Below, in pieces: positions 8,492-17,900 of a stretch of 64,000 bases of DNA. A program made the position numbers and the translations under genes. The stretch covers positions 15,093 to 79,092 of the forward strand of contig JBFLVJ010000006.1 in assembly GCA_040758595.1 (NCBI GenBank). Reading direction: 5' to 3'. The first letter of the stretch is position 1, and the number at the start of each line of letters is the position of its first letter. The notes beneath the pieces were generated by a model, which worked only from the letters and a program-made list of their open reading frames with translations, made no database searches and was not told the DNA's origin. The stretch is from Candidatus Micrarchaeota archaeon. GTDB taxonomy: Archaea; Micrarchaeota; Micrarchaeia; Anstonellales; Bilamarchaeaceae.

Positions 8492-9349
8492 ATGCGCCTT
8501 GTCACACCGACATTCTCAGATTTATTGGAACCCAACGTGGAGGTCAAGCTCTTTGCGGACGGCGACAGCTATGTCAGGATAAACGACATGGAAGCCTGCC
8601 AGGGAGAGGATGTCACCCTCTTCCACCGGCTCTACCCGAAACAGAACACCTCCATATTCAACACCGCCCAGCTGCTCCATACATTGAAGAGGGTCGGGGC
8701 CCGCGTGACCGTCGTGGCACCCTACTTGCCCTATGCGAGGCAGGACAAGACCTTCCTGATGGGCGAGGCGCTATCAGCCCAGGTGCTATGCAAGCTCCTG
8801 GCCGACTTCGGGACCGTCAAAGCGCTGACCCTGGACTGCCACTTCCTCAAGAAGGAGGGCGAGATTGAATACGCCGGCCTCAAGATCATCAACCTTAGCG
8901 CAGGGAAACTGCTGGTCGAGCATGCGAGGAAGAAATTGGGCCTGGAGAACCTCGAAGTCATATCGCCCGACCAGGGGGCGAGCTACCTCGTCTCGGAATA
9001 CGGCGGTAAATCGATGAGCAAGGAGCGCGGGGATTATGACAACACCGTCGAGGCTTCCCGTTCGGTCAAGAAGATGGAGCGAGGGTTCGATGTCAAGGGC
9101 AAGAACATACTCATACTGGACGACATGATATCGACCGGCGGGACCATGCTCAAAGCCGTCGAGAACGTGAAGAAGGGCGGTGCAAAGAAAGTGCTCTGCG
9201 CTGCCACCCACGGGTTCTTCATGAATGACTCGCTATCGAAGCTGAAGAAGGCATGCGACGGGGTATTCACCACCAACTCCATACCCAATGAGGTGGCTGA
9301 AGTGGACATCCTGCCCCTGCTCGAATCGGCTCTGGAGAACAAGGATTAG
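8492..9349 (+). CDS. prs: Ribose-phosphate pyrophosphokinase
   Basis: FADGDSYVRI, PYLPYARQDK, DDMISTGGT, ATHG; start ATG 8492. Confidence 0.93.
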   Translation: MRLVTPTFSDLLEPNVEVKLFADGDSYVRINDMEACQGEDVTLFHRLYPKQNTSIFNTAQLLHTLKRVGARVTVVAPYLPYARQDKTFLMGEALSAQVLCKLLADFGTVKALTLDCHFLKKEGEIEYAGLKIINLSAGKLLVEHARKKLGLENLEVISPDQGASYLVSEYGGKSMSKERGDYDNTVEASRSVKKMERGFDVKGKNILILDDMISTGGTMLKAVENVKKGGAKKVLCAATHGFFMNDSLSKLKKACDGVFTTNSIPNEVAEVDILPLLESALENKD

Positions 9350-10677
9350 CTCTTTGCTATCCTCTCGTATTCTTTCGCCAGCTTCCCGGCTTCCGTGGCG
9401 CTCTTGGCTTCCGCGAAAAGCCTCACATATTCCTCTGTACCAGATGGCCTGATGATGACCCAGGAGTCTTTCAGGTCGACACGCACGCCATCCACGGTGA
9501 TGTGCCCGAGTTTTTTGGTTTTCGCGTATGCGAGCACGCGCTCGACCAGTCTCTTCTTCTCTTCGGGCCCTCCCGCCTCGATCTTGAGCTTGACGTTGTG
9601 GTATTCCGGCACTTCCTTGAGCCATGCGGATAGCGGCTTCTCGCAGAGCGCTTCCGCCAGCTTCGCCCCGGTCAGGAACCCGTCCTTGGCCAATGAGAGC
9701 TTGGGCCAGATGACTCCGCCCACTTCCTCTCCGCCCATGAACGCGCCTTTGAGCACTTCCTCGCTCAGGTACGGTGCTCCGATGGCGGTATATCTGACTT
9801 TCATGCCGAGTCTCTTGGCCACGTCTTCCACGGCTTTGCTGGTGGCCACTGTGGTGACGACGTCTCCGTGGGGCTTCTCTTTCTTCGCTTTCCAGAGTAT
9901 CGAGAGGGCATAGACCTTATCGCCTATCACATATGCGCCCTTCTCGTCCACGAAAATGACCCGGTCCCCGTCTCCGTCCCAAGCGATGCCCGCATCAGCA
10001 TTGCTGGATTTCACGAGGGAGATGAGCTCTTTCACGTTCGCTTCGGTCGGCTCGCTCGGCCTTCCGGGGAACCTTCCGTCTGGATGGGAGTTTATCGTCG
10101 TAATCTCGCATCCGAGCTTCTTGAAGAGCATCGGGGCTATCATGCATGCGGCCCCGTTGCCGCAGTCGAGGACAATCTTCGGTTTCCTCTTCCTGATGCG
10201 CTCCACATCTACGTGCTTCAGTATCTCTTCGGCGTGCTCCGCGCTCGCCATCTCATATGATGATATCTTGCCGACCTTGTCCCATTCCCCGGGCTTGGCC
10301 TTCCCTATCAGCCCCTCGATATCCGCCCCCCTCTCGCGCGATACCGATACCCCCCTCCCGTCTATCACCTTCAATGCGTTCCACTCGGGGGGATTGTGCG
10401 ATGCGCTGATAATTATGCAGCCGTCGGCCTTGAGTTTTTTCACCATCCACTCTGCTGTGGGCGAGCTGGCGATGCCTATATCTATGACGTCGCAGCCGAC
10501 AGAAGCCAGCCCTGATGAGACCGCGGCCCGGAGCACGTCGCCAGTTAGCCTGCAGTCCCGTGCCAGCACTATCTTGCCGCGCTTGAAGTATTCGCCGATG
10601 GCCTGTGATATCTGGAGCGCCAGGGAAGGCGTCAATTCATCGAACCTCCCTCTGACTCCATTGGTGCCGAAGTACAT
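9346..10677 (-). CDS. Phosphohexomutase (GlmM/PMM-PGM family)
   Basis: FGTNGVRG, SASHNP, DGDGDR, GGEE, RPSGTE; alternative start at 10698. Confidence 0.93.
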   Translation of the reverse strand: MYFGTNGVRGRFDELTPSLALQISQAIGEYFKRGKIVLARDCRLTGDVLRAAVSSGLASVGCDVIDIGIASSPTAEWMVKKLKADGCIIISASHNPPEWNALKVIDGRGVSVSRERGADIEGLIGKAKPGEWDKVGKISSYEMASAEHAEEILKHVDVERIRKRKPKIVLDCGNGAACMIAPMLFKKLGCEITTINSHPDGRFPGRPSEPTEANVKELISLVKSSNADAGIAWDGDGDRVIFVDEKGAYVIGDKVYALSILWKAKKEKPHGDVVTTVATSKAVEDVAKRLGMKVRYTAIGAPYLSEEVLKGAFMGGEEVGGVIWPKLSLAKDGFLTGAKLAEALCEKPLSAWLKEVPEYHNVKLKIEAGGPEEKKRLVERVLAYAKTKKLGHITVDGVRVDLKDSWVIIRPSGTEEYVRLFAEAKSATEAGKLAKEYERIAKS

Positions 10678-10726
10678 GATAGGGATTGGCCTCTTCATGA
10701 TTATAAATCTCTCGTGATGAAAACAG

Positions 10727-11299
10727 ATGATGGAAATCGAGGTCCTCAGGCTATCCCACAGGCTCCCCCGGGACGAGCGCATATCGACCCATGTCGCGCT
10801 GGTGGCCCGGGCTTTCGGAGCATCATCCATCACATACACCGGCCAGCACGACTCAGGGCTGGAGGAGAGCGTCAAGCGGATATGCGAGAGGTGGGGAGGG
10901 AAGGTCGCTGGCAGCGGGCCGGAAGGCGCGGGTGCGGCCGGCAGCTGTTTCTCGATATCATATGAAAAAAGCGCGCTCCCATTCATCAAGAAAAAGAAGA
11001 AGGAAGGATTCGCGATAGTCCATCTCACCATGTACGGCCTCCCGGTGCAGGATGCCGTGGGCCGGATGCGGGAGCGGGAAAAGCTTTTGCTGGTGGTGGG
11101 GAGCGAGGCGGTGCCGGGAGCGGTCTACCAGCTGGCCGATTTCAACGTCGCGGTCACCAGCCAGCCGCACAGCGAGGTAGCCGCATTGGCCATCACGCTC
11201 GATCGGATCATGGAAGGGAAGGAGCTGGAGCGCACCGGTTTCGGCGGGAAAGTCGAGATAATCCCTTCTGAACGCGGGAAGAACGTCAGGCAGTCGTGA
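10727..11299 (+). CDS. trm56: tRNA (cytidine56-2'-O)-methyltransferase aTrm56
   Basis: RLSHRLPRDERISTHVALVARAFGA, HLTMYG, QPHSEVAAL motifs. Confidence 0.95.
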   Translation: MMEIEVLRLSHRLPRDERISTHVALVARAFGASSITYTGQHDSGLEESVKRICERWGGKVAGSGPEGAGAAGSCFSISYEKSALPFIKKKKKEGFAIVHLTMYGLPVQDAVGRMREREKLLLVVGSEAVPGAVYQLADFNVAVTSQPHSEVAALAITLDRIMEGKELERTGFGGKVEIIPSERGKNVRQS

Positions 11300-11446
11300 G
11301 GGGACCGCGTAGCGGCGGGTCTCACGACCACGAGGCCGTCCAGGGAAAAACGTCAGACTAGGCCGGCAAGGCTGCATCAGAATGGCCGCCTCCAGCCAAT
11401 CGATAGTTTTTTATTCCATGGACGATTGGTAGTCCCGGGGTTTTCT

Positions 11447-11848
11447 ATGTTGGAAGTCATCTCTCTCAATTTCAATGGCGCTGATGTGAGGAAGGACCGG
11501 GAAGGCATCCCGGAGGGCATCGAGGTGTCCGTCACGGTCGACAGCATCACGAAGCAGGGCGACGAGGAGCTCATCGTCAACTGGACATATGCGGTCGATT
11601 ACAAGCCCGATATCGGCGCGGTGAGGCTCACCGGAGACGCGCTCTGCCGCGACACCCCGTCCAACATAGAGAAAGTCATCAAGGCGTTCGAGAAGGACAA
11701 GGAGTTCCCGGCCGAGCTGGGGACCGACGTGTTGAACATGATAAACGCGAACGCCAGCATCAACTGCATCTTCATAATCAGGCCCTTCAACCTCTTCCCG
11801 CCGTTCACCCCGCCGTTGCTGGGGGGAGCTGAGAAACCAGAGAAGTAA
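11447..11848 (+). CDS. Conserved archaeal hypothetical protein, possibly SecB-like fold
   Basis: Four beta strands then helices and an NLFPPFTPP C-terminal motif; recognised by pattern only. Confidence 0.65.
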   Translation: MLEVISLNFNGADVRKDREGIPEGIEVSVTVDSITKQGDEELIVNWTYAVDYKPDIGAVRLTGDALCRDTPSNIEKVIKAFEKDKEFPAELGTDVLNMINANASINCIFIIRPFNLFPPFTPPLLGGAEKPEK

Positions 11849-11855
11849 CTCCCGT

Positions 11856-11947
11856 GGTTTCCGGTCTTTGGTTTCCAGTCCTGTTTTTTCCGAGTTCCCA
11901 GTCCGGACCTCCGGCTCAGCTAACCTACCATATCGAAACCCAAAACC
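11856..11947. repeat. Degenerate heptamer repeats in convergent intergenic region
   Basis: ggtttcc ggtcttt ggtttcc agtcctg, with inverted copies cgaaacc caaaacc. Confidence 0.6.
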
Positions 11948-11960
11948 CTGAATGCAAGAC

Positions 11961-14900
11961 CTACCACTTGGCCGTCACGCTGAACATGACACCCCAGGCG
12001 GTCTTGCCTTTTATCGCCCGAAGGGATTGTATGTACGTGGGCAAGTAGTTCGGCGCGTGGACGCCGGGCTGCTCTGTCCCCACACCGACATTCCAGAGGC
12101 CCTTGTAGCCCAGGGCTCCGAAGTACATCTGGACCGGCCTGACCGCGCTTGCGCTCGTCACGGTGAGACCATACCCGATTCCGGTCCTGAAGACCGGTTC
12201 GGTCCTCTTGGCGTAGAGCGCCGTGCTTGCAGGCGTCCATGTCTGCGAGCCTGCCTCGAAGAAGAAATCGAATTTCTGCTGTTTGCTGGTGACGACGTTC
12301 ATTCTGGACCAAGTTATGCCTATGCCGCCGGTGGTCCTGGAGAGCTTGTCGAAGCTGTCGCACCTGCCGTCGGTCAATGTGCTGCAGGCCTCCCTCATCT
12401 CCGTGGCGTTCTTGAAGACGTCCTTGCTGGTGAAGACCGCTTTCTTGGTCAGCTGGTTCACGAACACATATCCATACCAGCTCTCGTCCAGGGTGGATGT
12501 CTGCTCGGTCTTGAGCCTCCCTGAGAATGTCACGGTCCAGTTCTCCCAGCGCTCCTGGGCGTACTGCCTCCTTCCGTAAATTGCTCCTGCTAGCAGCTCG
12601 AACTTGTGGTTTTCCATGACCTTGACCAGGCCGCCCACTGTGAAATTGCCCGCCGCATCGTGGTATCTGAGCTCCGAGGGTTTGAGCGGAACGGTGACTC
12701 CGCCGATTATCTTCCATGCGGAGAGATATCTGAGCCTCTTGTCTCCGGCGAAACTGAGCCTGTACTTGTCGCCGACCTTCGCAACAGTGACGCGCATGAT
12801 GTCGCTTCCTATGAGCTTGCCGCTCTTGATCCATTCCCTGGCATCCCTGTGGTCGCCTATTATGAGCGATGCGCTGGTGCCGGGCCTGAGCCTGGCCACC
12901 GAGTGGAGGACGTAGAACGTCTTGCTCCTGCCCTTGGAGGTCTTGAGGTGCTTGGCCAGCCCGACGCTGTAGAGCTGCGGCTGGATGCCTTCTTTCGTCG
13001 CGGCCTGCGAGTCGCATCCGAAGATGACGTCGACCATGTTCTGCTGGAAGAGCGTCTGCATCTCTTTCCCGCTCAGCATGCTTCCGGTGGCGCTAGCTCT
13101 CATGGCGACCTTGGTTATCTTCTCCGCGGTGCTTCCCTTCACCGTCGCCTGCTTCTCGAACTCGGCCTTCATCTTATCGGGCGGGAGCATCATCCAGGCG
13201 AGCGATGAGCTGTTGCTGGAAATGATCTGCACCAGGTCGCGCTTGTATCTCTTGAGCATCCTCTCGCGGCCGTCCGGCGTCCTGAGCGCCAGGTATATCT
13301 CCCGCACCGTCTTGGCTTCGTCAAGCGTGACCTTGGCGGCGCCGATCTCCCGTCCTGGGAGGAAAAGCAGAATGTTGCGGACGACGCTATCCCTCCTCTT
13401 CATGGCCTGCAGGCTCTTCCTGATGTCCTCTGCGGGTCTGACCATCCAGCTCATGGACCCCATGTCCTTCTCTACGAGCCCGACAAGCCTGCTGCCATAC
13501 GAGGATGCGAGCCTCTGCTTGTCTCCGCCGGCCCCTACCGTCGTGTAGATGTCTCTGAGAGCCGAGAAGGCGTCCGGCGTGCCGGAGACTGTCACGTGCC
13601 TCTGGTAGAGGTGGGCGTTTATCGCGGGCCATCGGGTAGTCCCGATGCCGGCTGTCACATCTAAGAATTCCGTCTGCTTGTTGGTGATCCCGAAAGTGCC
13701 GCTCGTGGTGTCCTCGGCTACGATGACTTTGGGGTAGGTGTACCCGTAGCCGCCCACCTCCATCCATGCCTTGGCAGGCCTTCCGAACACGAACACCGAT
13801 TTGAGGTTCACATAGCTCTGCTCGTCGCCGCTGATGTTCGCGCCGCCGAACACGTAGACGCCGACCTTCTGGCCGTCGTATCCGTAGCCTAGGGAGAAGT
13901 TCCATCTCTCCTTGTCGAATATGCCTTGGAGGCTGGTGGCGAGGCCTGAAAGTATCGCCGCCTGGTTCTCGGGGTTCTGCTGTATCTGCTGCATGGCCTG
14001 GTCTATGAGCTTGTAGCTCTCCCCCCACCTGGGGACCTTCTGCGCGCCCATCAAGAGGCCGTGCCTCTTGGCCCAGTACATGAGCAAAGCCGATGCGAAG
14101 TGCTCCTTCTTGTATGCGCTCTTGTCCGTGGTGTATGTGCCGTCCGGGTTCCTGACCACGAAATCCTCGAGCCTGGAGTACATGTAGTTGAGCGCGATGA
14201 GGTAGCCCATATCCCGGGCCTTGTTCTCCGACCATTTGTGGGCGCCCACGAACGCGTTCTTGCTTGTCGCATAAAGGTTGGTGGCAGCCGTGTCGAGCAT
14301 CATGAACTCCCTGAGGAGGTCCACTGTGCTGTAGCCCGCGGTCAATCCAGCCCCGTGGGTCGTCTTGCCGCGCGTCCATTCCACCTTGGCGGAGACGCCT
14401 GCGGTCGCCGGATAGCCGCCGACAGCACGTATCTCGAACTGGTAGCTGCCGGGCGAGAGGCTCACCCTCCTCCACATAACCTCTGCGGTGGTGCTCGCTG
14501 TCTTGGTGTTTGTTATCCTTGTAGGGTCGTTAGGATCGGTTGTGACTGTCTCAGAGCCGCGGTAGAATCCCGCATAGACGTCCCTGTGCTTGCCGCTGCC
14601 AAGAAGCCTCGTCACCGCGGCTCCGACGGCCTGCTCTGCGCTGACCGGGGTCATGGTGCTCAGGTTCCTCACCAGCTGGCCCAATGCGAGCGTGGAGAAC
14701 GTCTCCCCGCCTCCTGTGGGTATGGTGAATCCTACTGCCGCGCCGTTGAACCCACCTGCCGCTCCATTGTCGCTGAGCATCTGTTTGCCCAGGAACTGGA
14801 AGGACGCCAGCACGTTCTTGTGGTCCACCCCTCCGAAGAGCCAGTTGTTCAGCTCGGTCTCTGTCTTCTTCCCGTATGAGAGCTGGTATGTGTTGCCGTA

Positions 14901-17900
14901 CTGGTCTATGAAGTATAATCTGGATTTGAGCTCGTGTTTCTTCTCCTGGGTGACGGGCTCTTCTGCCCCTGTGGGCGGTGTGGTCTTCTGTTTCAGTTCG
15001 GGTACATACTCCCCGCTGAGATATACTATCATCCCCACGCCTTTCTTCTTGGCTATATCTATATAGCTCTCAAGCGCTCCCTTGGCCCTCTCTGCGCTCG
15101 GCGTCTCCACAGTGGTCTTCTCCCCTCCGGTCGGGGTGCTGACCGTCTTGCTGCCTGAGCGGTCGAGCTGGAGATCCAGCTTCAGCATCCTCACCACAGG
15201 AAGCCCGCCTGCGGTCATGCCGATTGTGGCCGCGTGGGTCTGGGTGGTCGCCTTGCTCGTCCCTGCCGGTGTGGTCTCTTCGCTCACAGTACCGCTGCCG
15301 GTGTAGGTGACCTGGCCGGCTATCCCGCCCGTGGTCGTCCTTCCGGCGACCGTTCCGGCGATGCCCCCGCTCTGCTTTCGGGTGCCTCCGCCTTCCGCTT
15401 CATAGTATCCTGCCGCGTTGACGTCCCAGCTCAGCCAGTACGCCTCGTAGTCCTTTGGCATCGGGCCGAAGAGCTGGTTGAGCCTTCTTAGAAGCGTGGA
15501 TGCTCCGATGGTGTTTATCCGCATCTGTGGCGGAATCGTGGGTCTGAACGTCTGCCTTCCTGGCGGCGTCAGTTGGAGCCGCATCCTCTCATGGAGTTCG
15601 CTCGCTCCAGAGTCCACCGTGAATTGCATAGCTCCAAGAGAACCGGTCGGGAAGAGTTGGATGTTCGGGGTCAGGTGGAGCGGTTTCGCGTATGAGCCGA
15701 CAGCGCCTGAGAAATCCTTTCCGAACTGGCTCGGTTCCCACCATCCGGGCTTCACGCGGTAGAGGTATGGGTTCTCGGTCCCGCCCGTCCCGCCCGCTGC
15801 CGTGGGTTCCGGAGTCCTGCGCAGCTCGTCCGCGAGCTGGGTGTGGTCGAACACGGTCGCCATCACGGGGAGCTTCTTGGCTATATTGGCGAACACCTCG
15901 AGGAAGTACTTGCGGTTGACGGCATCGCTGTATGCAAGGTCCCTGGTCCCTTCGCCGTACCGCGCGCTGAAGGTCCCGTTGAACGCCTTGATGGCCAGCT
16001 GTAGAGCCGTCTCATCCTTGGCGACCTTGAGGATCGCCGGGAGCACCTGGAGCAGGAACGGGCCGACTAGATATGGATCCCTGTTGTTGATCGTTATTAT
16101 GCTCTCCATGGTGAGCACCATGGCGGTCCTGCCCATGGAGCTGCTGGTGGAGAACTTCTCGAGCGCGACACCGAGATAAAGGGTATCCATTATCGAGAGC
16201 TGGTTCCTGATATTGGTGATGTTCTGGTCAGAGAACTCGCCGGTGGTTATCGTGATGCCGTTGTCGGTGCGCCATGAATTGTAATTGGTCTCCATGGCGG
16301 TGAAGAATTCCTTGCCTTTCCGCAGGAGCTCCTTGCCCTGGGCGCTGTTGAGGAAGCGCACCAAATCATCGGCCGTCGCGAGGGATTTCATCCCGCTCGG
16401 GAGGTCCACAGCATACCTGCGCCTCAGGAGGCTGTAGCTCTGGGCGAGCAGGTCTATGTTGATGAACTGCTTGATGAGGTAATCGTCCTTGCCGAACACC
16501 TCGCGGTATTTGTCGACCGCCATCTTGAACTTCATCCCGACCTCGTCGGTGTTGTTGTTGAAAATCAGCGCGGCCCTCAATGTGAGATATATCTCAGGCA
16601 GCTTGGTGCTCATGCCGACCAGGTTCGCCATGAACGTCGGGCGCTTTGAGGCGTCCGATGCCTTGTAGGCCTGGCGCAGCTGTGAAAGCACGGACGCATC
16701 GAGCCTCTTGAGCTCCTCGCTCGTCACCTTCGCGCTGTCCAGGAACCAGAGGTCCTTCCAGTTCCTCTGCACCAGCGGGACCAGTTGGCCGTATCCGCTC
16801 TTGAGCTTGAGGAGGCGATTCTCGTATTCCTTCCTCACTCCTGCGGGGGCGTCTGAGGGCGGCTTGTCGGCCAATGTCTTATAGATCGTCGCCATGGAAT
16901 CTGCGAGCAGGGCATCCTCTTTGCTGAACATCCCTTCGAGCCTGCCCACGGACTTCTGGTATGCCTCTCCATATGCCAGGTAGAGCTTCGTCTTCAACTG
17001 GGCAGGGAGCCTTTTGTTCAGCTCCTCTATCCCGGCTCCTGCCTGGGCGATGCTGTCGAGGGCTGTGAGATTCTGCTCCACCACCTGAACGAATCCTTCG
17101 CCGAACAAATCGACCATGGCCTCGCGGTTCTCGCCGGGTTTGGGTCTCTTGAGCGAATAGTAGCATCTCAGGACGATATCAGCATAGAGCCTGTTCTGCC
17201 CCATCGCCAGGTCTTTGACGTCTGTCGAGGGGCTCTCGAGCAGCTTCAGGTGCTCCATCTGGGCTGTGATGGCATCCACGAACTTCTGGCCGAACCTGTC
17301 TATGGCCGCCTTCTTCTTGGCGGCATCCTTGCTCTTGAGCGCGGCATAGACGCTGTCCAGTGCGAACTTGTAATCCACGGCGCTCATGCCGCTGATGAAC
17401 TGGTGGAGCCTCGGAGATGCCTTTTTCATTATGGCCGAGACCATATCTCGGATTATGGGTTGCTTGCCGGACTTGTCCTCTCCATTGTACCATCCGATGA
17501 GCGCGGTGAGGGTGTTCCGATCCGCGCTGCCCAGCAGTGAGCTGGTCACTGTCCCGGTTCGGATGTCCCCTCCGGTCTGGGCCATGTGGATGGCCGCGAA
17601 CACCAGCTCCACGGTGTTCTTTATGTCCCTTGTATTGATTATCGAGGAGTAAAGCTCTTTCCACTCCTTGTTCAGGGCCTCCAGCGCTTCCTTGTCTATG
17701 GTGTTTGCCCTGAGCATGATCTTGGCATTCGTCCTCGCCCAGCGTGTGATGTAGTCGTCTATCACAACCACCGCTGGCTGGAGTATCCTGTATCTCTTGA
17801 CATGCCTTCTCAGGGCTTCGAGCGACCTTCCCAGGCTGTTGCATCTCCTGATGAGGTCCCTCCTCTCGCCGACCGCCTTGTCTATGGCCGGGAGCTTGTC

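Noticed and set aside
11910-11930. CAGCTAACCT resembling the 3' motif of the c-di-AMP (ydaO) riboswitch
   Set aside because: Other conserved elements are absent and the site lies between convergent gene ends
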